Below are positions 11,120 through 24,519 of a stretch of DNA of 64,000 nucleotides, piece after piece. The notes under the pieces are model-generated. The model did not search any database. It was not told where the DNA came from and saw only the letters and a program-made list of their open reading frames with translations. Source of the stretch: Trichosphaerium sp. ATCC 40318 (taxonomy: Eukaryota; Protista; Tubulinea); the NCBI GenBank assembly GCA_038496445.1, contig JALMLS010000453.1:1-64000 (forward strand), written 5' to 3'. The translations under genes were made by a program, and so were the position numbers. Numbering within the stretch: position 1 is the stretch's first letter; the number at the start of each line of letters is the position of its first letter.

Positions 11120-14100
11120 TTACTTGTACATGACATCTGTGCGTATCACATATTTAACACCTTTCAAAACTTCTTGGCCTTCATGTTCATAAGGATGCAA
11201 GAAAACAAGAACTTGTCCAGCTTCTGGTACTACTTTCTCTTCTAGTTTTGGAAATCCAGTACATCCTCCTTCCACATTACCATTGAGGTATATTATAAAT
11301 GTATAACGACTTTCGATACCATTCAAGTCTTCATCCAATACAACCTTAAAAAAAAAAAGTAAACAAAAGGATCATTCAAAAACACCTAAACAACTACTCT
11401 TACATGGTCACTATGTGGCGCAAAACTTTGTCCAGGGTGGTAACGATAGTAGCGGAACAAATGATAAAGTCCTACGGACTTTTTACCATCTAGAAAGTCT
11501 TCATTAGTTCAACATCTTTTTTTGTTTTTTTTTCTGATCGCTGAGAATAAAACAGTTCGCCTGTCCTTCAACGATTCCTTACCTATTTCAGAGGGTATCA
11601 AATGCTTTACTAGTTCCCATAGCTCGTTTGCCAATGCTGGAAACTGTTCTAGTACTCGATGATTATCTCTAATCTGCTTTGCAACGATATTATCATCAAC
11701 GTCTGCGTTGTAAACTGTAGATTGCTCATAACCGATATTCTCTCCTCTATCTATTAAAGTAGCACATTCTCTTAGCGATAAAACGTTCTTGATAACAAAA
11801 GCGCCTTCTGGGTTATTCTTATCTAATGGAACTACTTGGAACCTTTCTTTATCTTTTGAAGCGTCAAGAGGCGCTATACGTTCAATCTCCGTCTTGTACA
11901 TAGGCGGAAAGTACTTGCCAACAAGCGCAGGATCATTCTCATCTAGAAAGCGAGTTAGAGAGCTTAGTTGAGTTTTAGGAGCGTTTTGCTCAAAACTGAG
12001 AGATTAAGCAGTTTTAGTGCTTTTATATTTTTTAGTGCACGTGCCAACAGTGAATTTGACGCCAGAGAAGATAGGAGATAGCGTAGGAGGTATTATATCG
12101 TGTACAGACATATTTTTGGCTAACCAATGAACTAGGAGCTTAGATCTGTTTGGTACGTCTAGAATACTCTCGAATTTGGCTGATTCAGGTGTAGGAAAGC
12201 AGCACTCCCATCCACAGCTTGCGTTACCCTGAAAAGAAAATTAACGACTATCAAAGTTGACTGAAAAAAACCAAAAAAAGAACGTACCTCTAGTTCGCCA
12301 TCAACCAGTACGAATGCGTCTGTATCATCTAAGTTTGCAATTGTGATTTCACCAGAATCAGATAGTGCTGGTCCAGAAGGTTTTTTGTTACCACGAAGAC
12401 TATCAAAGAGTTAGAAATCCATGATGGTAAATAGGTATGTACCCTTTAATGTGCTCTTTAAACCTCGACACTGTATCGTTCAGACGCCATGTTCTCTTGT
12501 TCTCAACATCAACAAGCTGGAATAGATCTCGTATCTAGAATAAACACATTAACAAGTTACGTCCATAAAAACCACTCTTGTTCTAACACGTACCATGCTT
12601 TGTTTTATCTTATTCTCCAAGTCTGTATGTGGACACAATGATGGTGTATGATTGACCTCTAAAAGCCAAGGCTTGAAGTTCTCATCAACTAAGATATCAA
12701 ACCCGACCAACTCAAAAACAGCAGCTCTAATACGCGTTAAAAATCACGTGTTTTGCAAGAGGATAAGATTATCAAGGTCTATGTTATTTTTAGGTACCTT
12801 TTTTTAACAGATCTAGGTACCCAGTGGGTAAGTGGTTGTTCAACACAAAGGTAAGCTTTAGCTATAACATCTTTAATATCTTTCCAAATTTGATCAACAT
12901 CTGCTCCTTTTGTTTGACGTATAACCTCCATAACTGATGCCAAGTCTCTTAACTTATTATTAACCTCATGGTCTTCTATTTTGTAAAATTCAACAACAAA
13001 AAACACGTACGTGCGTATACCATCCATAGGTATGTCAACATCTATTTTGAAGTTGTCAATAAAATTTTGCTCATTAGATTCGTTCAAATCATAATTCGTC
13101 AAATGAACCTTAGTAAATGGTTTTAGCATTACAATAAAGTAGTAATACTATCATACTAGGATGTTTTCAAAAGACTCAAGGCCAGTTGCATACTTCTCTG
13201 TACAGATACGTGCCTACCAAAGAACTTAGTTTAAAATCTTCCAAAATACTAAAAAACAAAAAAAAGCTCGTCACAGCTTTTCCTCTTACGTACCAATCCC
13301 TGAGGGTACGCATATACACGTAATGGATTTACAGAGGTACAAACACAGTATATACGAAACGTTGTTTTATAACCACTAAGTAATATTGGGTCCAAGATGT
13401 ACTCTTGTGCGATAGGAATTCTTTTTTGTATGTATTCACTTTCTGGATCAACTTGATCCACGTGCGTTATTAGACGAATGTGGTCACCTCTAGGTATTCA
13501 ATATAAGTAAAAATGATAGTATATAACCCATCTTAGATGTGATTAAACTCACCTAGCGGCCATTGGAGGTTTCAGAATGAAAGGAATTTTTTCGTTATTT
13601 TTGGATGCATAGTAAGCTTTTAGTTGATCCATTTGAAGCGGTAAGCGAAAACTACGCGGCCAGAAGTCCAATAGCTGGTTTAAAAACGATATTAGTTAGA
13701 AAGGTGTGAATTATTTTGAGTTTGTTATCGGTACATGTTCGCCCTCTGGATGAGATGCCAGCATACGTTGTACGTGTTCTAGAGCGATTGTTATCAAATG
13801 AAGCAGCGTTACTGTTTTACTCACTTGCGAAAAAGTCTTTACGACATAATTCAGGCATAGCTGGCATGAAATTGACCTTTTGGTATGGTTTCATTGTCTT
13901 TAAATGCTTTTGAAAACTTCTGGACCAAATGACGTGTGCCTTGTCTTGATGTCTTGCCTGAGCGAAACCCAAGCGTTTAAACTCATCAGTGACAAATTTT
14001 AGTACACCTCTACAAAAAAGTTTAAAAAAAGCTTCACAGGATCTCAGTACTTCTTGTATGAGCCAACCACCTTGTAGAATCTGGTGCCAGGAGGATGCTT

Positions 14101-14286
14101 TTTACCGACTTTTGGTACGTTTGATTTCAAAGGAGCTTTAGGGCGCGGTTGGTCGTGACGTGGTGACTGTGGGGCCTAGTTTAGACTCGTTAACGTTTTG
14201 ACATAATTTCTTTAACATACACTATTTTCGCCATTTGTAGAGGATAGAGTACTCGTTTTAGGAGGACCTGCTCGCTTTTCAGACAT
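11120..14286 (-). CDS. Tubulin-tyrosine-ligase-like (TTLL) protein fused to a 2OG-Fe(II) prolyl-4-hydroxylase-like domain
   Basis: Spliced QKVNFMPAMPELCRKD, FILKP, QEYI, HLTNY and FELVGFDILVDENFKPWLLEVNHTPSL run without a stop into FRYYRYHPGQSFAPHSD, TFIIYLN, GGCTGF, HEG and KYVIRTDVMY. Confidence 0.85.
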
Positions 14287-14313
14287 GCTCGCAGTTTCAG
14301 CTAAGATACCAAA
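14287..14313. promoter_or_regulatory. Very short divergent (bidirectional) promoter region between TTLL and TyrRS
   Basis: Head-to-head ATGs at 14286 (-) and 14314 or 14380 (+). Confidence 0.5.
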
Positions 14314-16303
14314 ATGTTGTACCTACGTTTATTACCTTTTCTTGACAGGTCAAACAGCCTTCATAAGTTCTTCCATACAATGTACAGGGTGTTACGCTCA
14401 ACAAGAAGTCATTTGTACTCAACAAAGCGTAATACGAGTGTACAAAGTAAAGAATGGTGTTCTACGCGTAGTAGATCAGTTTCCACTCAAGCTAGCTCAG
14501 AAACAAAAAATGACAACAACGTAATACGACAATTGGAGTCAAAAGGGCTTGTAGACGCGGTACTAAAGCCATTTACGCAAATTTAATCGCTAACACATGA
14601 TAAGATAACACATGAAGGCATTTATGATGCAGTAACAGAGTCAGGAGTAAGCGCTTACTTAGGTACAAACCAAATGGTTGTACATGAGACTTATCGTTTG
14701 AAGGGTTTGATCCAACTGCTGATTCACTTCATGTTGGTCATCTCCCAGGTATCTTAGTACTCAAGAGATTACAGCAAGCAGGTGTAACACCGTTAGCTCT
14801 GGTGCGTAATAACGTGGCGTATCACGTGATAAGATGGGCTTTTTTGTTTCCTCTTTCTAATGTTGTATTTAGGTTGGTGGAGCTACTGGTATGATAGGTG
14901 ATCCAAGTGGCAAATCTAAAGAACGCCCGCTTCTGGATATGGCAAACATTGAGAACAATAAGAATAAAATAGCAACATGTTTGACAACTATTCTTGGAAC
15001 CAGTGTAAAAGTAGTAGATAACTTGGACTGGATGACGTAAGTTTATACTACACCAAAGTGTTTCGATACAAACAATGAGTAGTGGGTTTTCAGCATTAGA
15101 GTTCTTAAGAGACGTTGGCAAGCATTTTTCAGTAAACAATATGATCACAAAAGATAACGTTAAAAAACGATTAAAAGATGAAAACAATGGTACCAAATCG
15201 CACTCAAGTATGTCGTTATAAATGCCTTATATACTATAGGTATTAGCTATACAGAGTTCTCATACCAGATACTCCAAGCTTACGATTTTTGTAACTTGTA
15301 CAAGAGCCATAACTGCAAGATTCAAGTGGGAGGATCAGACCAGTGGGGAAACATCACAGCAGGAACAAGTCTTATAAGAAAATCCCTAGGAGTGAGTATT
15401 GTGCCATCACTCCATTTAATACTTACGTGCGAGTCTATAGGGAGAAGCATTTGGTGTAACAATACCACTTATACTTGATGCTAACGGAAATAAAATTGGA
15501 AAGTCAGAGGGTAACCCTGTTTGGCTTGATGCAACTAAAACAACACCGTTTCACTTTTATCAGCACTTCTTTAATACAAAAGATACGGATGTTGAGAAGA
15601 TGTTAAATATATTCACATTAATGACAAGTACCGATATAAAGTCACTTGTAAGTGAGCACAGTAAGAAACCTGAGAACTACGAGGCACAAAAGTAAGCGTT
15701 ACAACTTTTACACTTTGTCATTTTGTTTTAAATCTTATTCTTGGTTTAAGGTCTTTGGCCTCCCAAGTGACTATACTCGTTCATGGCCAAGAAGGACTTG
15801 ATATTGCTTTAAAAACTACAGATATTCTATTCAACAAGAAGAGGTAACACTCATACAACAGTGTTAAAAATATCTAAAAATAATTGAATAGACAAACCAG
15901 CGCTGTAGAGCTTATTGAAGCTGTTAAACAATCTGGACAAGAAATAACAGAAGTTCAACGTGTTGATGTAATAGATAAATCATTTGCTGATTTGGCATTA
16001 AAATCGAAACTGATAGGAAGTAAAGGTTCGTTGTACACGTTTCGTAAATATTGTCACTTTCTAACTTTTTTTTCCATCAAAAAAGCTGATTTTAAGCGCG
16101 GTTTAAAGATGGGCACACAATATTTTTTAAATGACAAGCACATTGAAGATCAATATGCAAATGTATCAGCAGAAGATTTGTGCGTATAATTTCTTACTGT
16201 CTATTTTCTCAGAAAATTCTTACTTGATATTACTAGGCTTCAGGGTGATATGTTGGTTGTGCGAGCTGGAAAGAAAAAGTATAGTGTAGTGCACGTAATG
16301 TAG
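14314..16303 (+). CDS. YARS2: Tyrosyl-tRNA synthetase, bacterial/mitochondrial type
   Basis: [56 protein letters not shown]4-like end VVRAGKKKY; Arg/Ser-rich presequence. The start may be 14380. Confidence 0.95.
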
Positions 16304-16817
16304 TGGTATGTAATAAACAAACTAAGAACCTATTTATATTTGATGCTGCGTAACATTGAACGGAAAACTATTGCAGTTTAGGTATTCTTAGCACAATTTT
16401 TTATTTACATAGTTGACACTCACTTAGGTACGAAGTCATACTATGAAGGACAGCATTGTCACACAAAGAGTTCACATTGTGATAGAGCTACGCTATTTGA
16501 CAGAAGTATTAGAACTTGGTAGATCTGCTAAAAGCGCTAAGAACTCACTTTCTATTTAATAAAAGTAAAACTTAAATGAAGACAAACAATAATTGGTACC
16601 TGTGTTAACACCGCTGCCCGAAGCGTTTAAGTTTCTACAATCTTTGTCAATGTCAAATCTTCTAACTTGAATGACACGGACAATATGAACTCGAGCTTTG
16701 TAGAGAAGAAAGAATTTCAAAAACCTTTACACAAATCTCCCTTTTTGCAGTTTTTTGGTAAAAAGTTTTCAACAACTTACTACCGTAATTCACGTCAATC
16801 TTTATTTCAACCAGCAA

Positions 16818-19800
16818 ATGATAGCCATGCGTTTATTGTTAGTTATGTCATGTATATGCACCGTATTTGCGTATACACACTGGTTATATGGGCAATCTAT
16901 TCAAGACTTCAACACTGAGAATACTATAACGCGCACCCCTGTCCAGCTTCCTGATAGCCGCAATTGGCGGTTTGACAGTGTTGTTGGACAAGCAGATGTA
17001 TATATGCCCATCGTTGGTGTTCACGTCGGTACGACGAATGATTTAAAACAATAGAAGCTAAAATAGATCATCTACTCCTGATTTAGTTCCAAAACTTCAG
17101 AAAATCTTCAAAACATCTTTGACACGCTATTACTTACGCTCTAAATAAAGGTTCAACCATCGAAAGCGTCAGAGTATGTACTTCAGCAAAACCGACAGAA
17201 CCTCATGTTTCTCGTGTTCGAATATTCACAGAGACACTACCAACGGGTGTGGTATTCAATAGCGTGGTATTGGATGAGTCTATGAACCTCACGACGCCAG
17301 ATGGGAATCATACTTGTCACGTTATTTCTACAGATGCAATCTTAGTCGGAGACAACGCAATGTCAGTATTACTCACGCTATCTGAAGGAGCCCAAGCCTC
17401 TTTCATATCTGGAGCCGCACTAGAGGTAACACCAGACGCCACAACACTTCCTGCAGATCCTGTGTACGCAATGGTTTGAGCTACAGTTCTTTTATTTTGT
17501 CTTTTTATTGGTATTATATCAAATTTAACTGACTGTGGTAACCTAGGAAGCTGTGGTATCCCTTTGAAACAATACATTATGTGAGGCTTACAGGAGTTGG
17601 TGGTGCTGAATCTAGGACAATGAATACACAACCAGGAATAAGGTGGGTTTACTTACCTCTCATAAAGAGAAACTCTCAAGGTATGTCAGAAAAAAAACGT
17701 GGTGGCTAGCAACACTTTCTTATGAATATGTTATTTATTCTCGACTTGCAGTTATTACAAAGTTCCAGTTTTGTTATAAAACAAGCACTTTTGTTTCTTT
17801 CAAACAATTTGAAATACGGGCATCAGAAAAAGCGGGAAAGTACGTATTGCTTTTGAGGTATCAAGTTCAAAACATTAACGTATTGCTCCAAAAGTGCATC
17901 AGTAGTGTGGTCAGATCCTACTTCAATATTAGCCAGCCAAGCTGGAGAGTGCGTTGAGTTCCAAACAGTACGTTGTCATTTTCAAAAAAGCTCCACTTTT
18001 GAGTCTTAAAAACTTTAGGGGTCTTTAGACTTTAATGGGACTGCAGTATTAGCTTTTCTGGTAGATAATGAAGCACTTGGTTTGTCTATAACACAGGTTG
18101 GAGGCACGTGGTGCTTTGTTTTCAGTTCTAGTTTCTGTTAGCTAATGAACAAGGAGTATAGGCATTAGCGTTTCTTATAATGTAAAACCTGATGTTATCA
18201 ACACTGATGGTGAGGAGTTATGGAGCCCGCTGTTCGAAGTAGCCGATTTAGATATAGAAGAAGTGGATGAAACAATACTGGGAGCTTTAGATAACAGTAC
18301 AGTCAATCCACTAACAGGCAAGAAAACTCTACTTTTCCTGAAACGGAACATTCTTATTTTTTTCTTCTAATTTTTTTTTTGATCTTAGACGTTGGATATA
18401 GTGCTTCTTTTCCAAGGAATGTAGAATATTCTATACTTGTTCGAGATATTCAAGGTGATGATAGGGATATTGAAAGGTTCTCGTTGTGCTTAGAGTACCA
18501 AAATTCATCCTTAGCTTCTGTTAATACAACGTGGACTATTTGGGCGAAAGGCACTGAGAATGTTGAAATGACTCCTGTTTTAACTGAAACAACACCTGAA
18601 CTTATTCCTGCTTTACCTGGATCATTTTGCGCTGACTTGAATGTTAGTAGTATTGATCTTAAGAATAAGATGGCGTATATTACTCTATCTTTGAATTTTC
18701 TTCAAGATAGTAAAATTATTTATTTCGCAGCTTTAACCACTTCTTTCGCTGCGCCACCACCTCCTCCTTCTACTACACCACCCACCACGTCTCCACCAAC
18801 AACTAGCTCTCCTACTACAGCGCCTCCTACAACTAGATCACCAACTGCTGCACCTACAACACAACCGCCTACTACGGAAGCACCTACTACTGAACCTCCA
18901 ACTCAACATCCAGTAACACAGGCTCCGACTACCCAAGCGCCAACGCCTCCATTAGTAGAGGCAGTGGTACGTGAGTCTTTAATACTGTTTCTTTATTTTC
19001 TTACAAACGGCGTGTGTTTAGTCTCTTGCAAACTCAATTACAGTGAGAGTTGATTGTAAGCAGTTCGATAATACAACTGGAAGGTGGAAAGCTTTCTTGG
19101 GTTGGAATAATATGTCTGTACGTACTCTTTCCTTTATATGTGGGTAAAATCTAATAGTGTACATAGCCTAGAGTTATTGAAGTCTTACGCTCAGCTAACC
19201 TAAATACGTTTAAGCCTGTTAATGCTACTCCAGTAAGTGATATTGTAAAAAAAGGAGAAAACAGCTTTGGGTTGTTTTTTGTTGATTACTGTTAAGGACG
19301 CTTCAAACGTACCAGAACAGTTTGCTATCGGCATATCACCATTTTGGCCAGAAAATACGGTACAGTTTATCGAATGGGATGGTAGCACGCCGTTGACGTG
19401 GACTCTATTTGGTGTACGCCTCTCGATTTTGTATTATGCTGTACTGGTTTTCTACTTACACCCAGTAGCTTCGTTTACTTGATGTTTCTAGTGCCGTAGA
19501 ATGTAGAACTATTACAGGCACGTTTTGGAATACCTGTGAAGACAAACTTGTTCTCATATTCTTTTTTTAGAAGTCACAGTGAGGCTAAGTATTGAGACGC
19601 CTCCTGCTCAAGTTACACCAGCAGTTTTGGCTGCTATTCGCGCTCTATTAGCATCTTCATTAAACATCACTATTGATGATGTGGCACTACGTATTGCCTC
19701 TGGTACAAAGAGGCAAACATCTACTACAACAACAGTCCTGGAGGGTGTTGTTAGCCAAGGTATGTTTTTTTTTTACATTAAATTTTTTCGCTGTTCTGAT

Positions 19801-20101
19801 GTCCTCCCCCTTCTAGGTTCGGATACAAACCTTGTTTCTGGTTTCTTTGCTACATCTGCAAGTGTTGATACTTTTGCTACCGGAGTTTCAGCTGCTACGG
19901 GGAACGCCACAGTTGTTGAGGTATGAACCTTGATATTTTATTTTGTTTTATAAACCTTTTTTTTAGCCACTTTCTGTTGTTGACACTGGTACTTCTGTGA
20001 GTGCACCTGTAGCTGAGCTACCACCCAGTGCATCTAGTAGATTTGATATTGCTATTTTGTTGATTATTGTATGTTTGTTTCTAAGCACATATACACTGTA
20101 A
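16818..20101 (+). CDS. Large secreted or GPI-anchored surface protein with Pro/Thr mucin-like linker
   Basis: Signal MRLLLVMSCICTVFA; about 11 introns; PTT repeat; C-terminal SASSRFDIAILLIIVCLFLSTYTL is GPI-signal-like. Confidence 0.75.
18754..18950 (+). repeat. Pro/Thr-rich low-complexity coding repeat (xxPTT)n
   Basis: PPPPSTTPPTTSPPTTSSPTTAPPTT... Confidence 0.85.
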
Positions 20102-20125
20102 AAAAAAAAGAAAAACAAAGTGTAA

Positions 20126-20530
20126 CTATACTATAGTATGTACACCAGCTAGTACCTTCAGGTCTTCATCACACACAAAAGTGTCAGATAGATGAATTTC
20201 ATGTACCCCTTTGAAGGTTTTTATTCCTTCAGGGGTTATTTTTCTACAACCACTCAAGTCTATGCTGTGAACTCCTGCTAGTTGTTGTAAATGAGTATTG
20301 GTAACTCTATAATTAATTCTCCTTAAGGAAATGTCGGTATTTTGAAGTAAAGGGCTGCCATACAGCATTAACAACACTGCTTCGCATGAAACGTCAAGAT
20401 TATCATATCCTATATATCTGTGGACAATTTCTCGTATGAAATGGCACGTTTGGGCTGCTGGCAGTGTATATGTCACGTGTTCAAGAATATGTACTATGAT
20501 TTCAATTGGAAGATACATAAAGCTTGTCAT
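20126..20530 (-). pseudogene. Truncated F-box-LRR gene (about 2.5 repeats)
   Basis: FMYLPIEIIVHILEHV F-box; stops mid-repeat (LAGVHTIV*) 24 nt from the stop of the convergent gene. Confidence 0.6.
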
Positions 20531-20773
20531 GCCTTGTAGTTACTGTCTAAAAGAGTTTGTTGAAATACAATGACTGATTTCGTTTTATTTATGTTTTGAT
20601 GCTAAGTGTCGTGTAGTGAAAAGCACTGAGCTACAAAATATACACATGCTGCTTCACATCGTGGATGAGACACACGACACATGTGATATGCTTAAGATGT
20701 GCAAGTGGGTACGAAAGTCAACTTAACACTAGTGCTTTTTTTTCAGAAATTATTTTTTGTTTGACACGGGACA

Positions 20774-21583
20774 ATGCGTGAAGGAATGCCAAATATGCCT
20801 GTTGCTCCTGGACATGCTCCACATATGCCAGATATGATGATGCCGATGACTTTTACGACAAGTACTAAAGTAACGATATTATTTCACTTTTGGAAGGTAG
20901 AATCAGCGGGCGTTTATGCTGCGAGGTATTAAAAACGTTTTTAGCTTTGTTTTATTACAAATCACGTTTTTCGAACCAATGTTTACTTTATTCGCTTGCT
21001 TACACTATACAGTATCATAGTCATTGCCTTGTTTTGTTTCTTTTACGTTTTCTTACACTTTATAACACAAAAACTCCAGAAAGATCGTCAGAGAAAGTTT
21101 AGGTACGATAGCGACGTTTCAGTTTGTCACGTGATTTTTTTGTTGTGTTTTGGAACTTTCTAAGTGCGTTATTAGGCATCGAGAGGAGATAACTTTGATA
21201 TTGACTGCTACACAGCTTATCGCTTATTGTATTCAAATTGCATTGTCGTATCTTATCATGTTGGTAGCTATGACGTCAGTACAAATCATGTTTTTCAATG
21301 TTCTGTTTTGCTTACCCGTTTTATTGATTTAGATATAATCTTGGATTATTTCTTACTGTCGTGTTTTCTCTCACTTTTGGTTATTGGTTCTTTTACTTAA
21401 GACGTACACGCATGACAGATGCTGAAGAGGAGAGATTGCTTTTAAATAAAGAGGTCAGTAGAACGAATAAACTGAATGTATAAACAAACAGCATAAAGTA
21501 CAAAATCAACTAAAAAAACTCCGTAGAACTATGCTGCCAATTCAAAAAATGACGATTTTGAACCGGCTTCTGGATGCCACTAA
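20774..21583 (+). CDS. Ctr/SLC31 copper transporter
   Basis: Met/His-rich N-terminus (HMPDMMMPMTF...ILFHFWKV), MxxxM in YLIMLVAMTYN, C-terminal GCH*. Confidence 0.9.
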
Positions 21584-21684
21584 TACAAACAATTTTGTAA
21601 CATTACGAAACAATCAAAGTAAGGCCATCTGAGGCTCTTTTTTTGTGTTTGAAATAAAAAACAAAAAAAAATGTTGATAATGAA

Positions 21685-23253
21685 TTACACTTTTGTTTTT
21701 ATTTGATAAACTTTCCATTTTGGATTATTTGTTTCAGGAGGCGTTAAGAAGTGAGCTGGTATTCTCGAAGCACCTGGTATATTATTAGGTGTAATAAACC
21801 TATCCCAATCACGACGAATATGAACTAAATTATCAAGTGACTTATACGCCTGGTAATAGTACAATTCCGGATGTCTGGCATAGTCTGTTTGTTTTGTTTC
21901 TTTTTCCTTATTTTTTCTTATTTTCTTCGATTTCTTCAAATACAAAAAAAAATTAGCACATGACATATGATACTTTCAATGTCTCTTTAAAAAATACTTA
22001 CGTGTCCACTTGAGAAATTCTTGTAGCTTTTATAGTTATCTATCTTCACAACAGGTTGTATAGGCATATCTTCGAAAGGAGCAAAGATATTATTATCAAG
22101 AACTTGTCTACCTAAAATATGCAATGTGTCAAAAAAAAAATTGCTGATTGCTTCACCGAACAGAACGTGTCAAAATGATCACGGAAAAACTTCAGTTTTG
22201 TAGTTCTTACCTTGTCCTTGAATATTCCTTACACGCAATCTTCGTAATTGCTCTAATTTAGCGAGTACAATAGCAGTATTTTGTTGTGCTCTCCATTTCT
22301 TCTCTTCCTCAGCATCTTTTTGTTGTTTGATCTTGCGGTCTTGTTCCTCCTTAAAACAAATTAATAAACCTGCAATCTCATGAACCTTTAAATACTCATA
22401 AACCAGATCTCACCTGTTTCTTAGCCTTCAAGAGATTTTGCTCATGTTCTTGCCACTCAGTAGCCATTTTATCCATAACAGGAGCCAACCTTTTTTCTTC
22501 CTTATCTGACGCTTTTATTTCCTCTCTTTTTCGTTTACGCCATATCTTATGATGAGTTAATAATAATATCATATTATCATAAGATTCATAACAAAAAAAA
22601 AACCACATCCTAAGGAAAACTTGACTGAACTGAACAAAACAAAACTCACATTTTTTCGATTTCTTTTAGCCATTTTCTTTTTGAATATTTCCATTGCCGC
22701 CTTATCGTTAAATAACTCATTGAGACTCTCTACTTCGTGCTAGAGAAACCTTTAATAAGTGAATCTTGCAGTAAAACGCCTTTTGACGGCCTGAAAAGCT
22801 GTCATACTTTTAGTTTTAGATTTTCTTGCTCGAGAGATTTCTTAGACTCTGTTGGGTTCGTATTGTCCTTAATTTAAGTCATTATCAGTGTCTAGCACGT
22901 AGAATCAAGGAGCATAGTGTTTTTCAACGGTAAAAATACAAAAATATTCCGTTATATACTTTGTAGGATACAATGCGGTTCGAATTTACCTCTAGTTGGT
23001 CTGTTTTGTTAATCTTAATTAAATTAGCTTCAATTGTCATCAATCTATCCTTTATATCCTGTAATCGCTTTTTGACTGCTGGTATAGTCCATGCGGAGCG
23101 ATCTCGTGGCATTGGCGTATATTTTGCTTGAAATTGTTGTACACGCTCTACCATTGGATCTAAAAGCGTCACAATAAATCCCGAAATGCTACACAAACCT
23201 GGAGGCATTTGGATAGGCACATAATTGCTAGGATTATAAAGGTGCTGCTGCAT
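21685..23253 (-). CDS. PDCD7: U11/U12 snRNP 59K (programmed cell death 7) homolog
   Basis: Coiled-coil middle and C-terminal YYYQAYKSLDNLVHIRRDWDRFITP...SRIPAHFLTPP...W, matching the PDCD7 C-terminal motif as I recall it. Confidence 0.8.
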
Positions 23254-23378
23254 GCTTGTTTTCTTTACAGACAACGCACTTACTGTTTTAGAAAGCGTGT
23301 AAGAGCGACGGTAAACTTAACTTCGAAGCTATCCATACTTAAAACTGAGACGAGACAGTTGTACTCAAAGCTAGGTGT

Positions 23379-24013
23379 ATGGCAGAACGACAAAAGAGCC
23401 CTACTGGCTCTGCAAAGAAAAAGGCAAAAAAACATAAAAGATTCACATCAATGGCGGCCTGGCGCTCTGTAATAATCCCACAGAGCAAGAAAGCGCATGG
23501 AAGAAAGAGGGCAACAACTACGGACCTCAGCCCACACATGGCCCGCAGAGCCATCAGTGTTGACAGTGAGCTAAGCTCGTTGTCAGCACGTAATCGGAGT
23601 AACCAAAGCCGATCAAAGCCACTTCATTCCTCTTTTGATGCCCGTACAACTATGTCAAACAAGCAAGTAGAAGTAGAAGTAGAGCCTGCACCTGCTTCCG
23701 TAGAGTTTCGAGCTGAATTGTTTGCGCGCGTAGATAGGCATGATGCAAATGGGTTTTTATCACATCAACGTACTACGAATAGAAAGGCAAGAATGAGAGT
23801 ACAAAGGTAAAGTATTATGTAGCAACAAGTTGTTTTATTAAACGAAAAAACTTACCATATTTGCTAAAACTACTTAGTTTCGCCAAGAAACCAACAAACG
23901 TACAACTGGACATACTAGATGATGACTTGGACGCATTATTCCCTTTACCTTTTGAAACACCTCCAAGATCAATATCAATGGATTTTACAGCACTACGAGA
24001 ACCCGAAGAGTAG
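23379..24013 (+). CDS. Hypothetical basic/disordered protein, 2 exons
   Basis: 143-codon ORF, AG|GTAAAG donor at about 23807, acceptor at about 23877, second exon open to TAG at 24013. Confidence 0.55.
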
Positions 24014-24519
24014 CATCAATTCAGTTTTTAAACAAAACAACCTAAAAACTGCATAACTCCATTCAATGACAAACAATTTTTCCCCAAGATACTCTTACAT
24101 AGAGTTCAATACATGTACATTACCTGATTTGTAAATAAACTAAATGATAGCACAATATACTCCGCTGCAAAGACCAGTAAAAGTCCGAAAATGGACTTTT
24201 GTTCGTATTATCTTGTTTACAAGATTTTAAAATGACCGACAAGTACAATACTTATCCAATATAAACTCGAATACAATCATTGACATGTCAAGCTGTCAAC
24301 CAAGATAGCTCAACGTGAAAACGATTGCAGCTTATTTTCATGTAGGCCTGTCGAGGCTGAATAACCCTACCCGAAGGCTAGGAACGTGTTACCTTCTAAC
24401 TGGTTGAGATGTTATACCACACGTATTTCTACGCGAACACGTGTATTTAGGTTGAAAATACTCGAGTGTTGGCATTGAATTTTAATCACTTTTTGAAAAA
24501 TAACCGAAGGTGGCCTAAC

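Noticed and set aside
12036-12043. GC donor in the TTLL-hydroxylase linker
   Set aside because: Phase analysis fits the canonical AC|GTGCAC donor instead.
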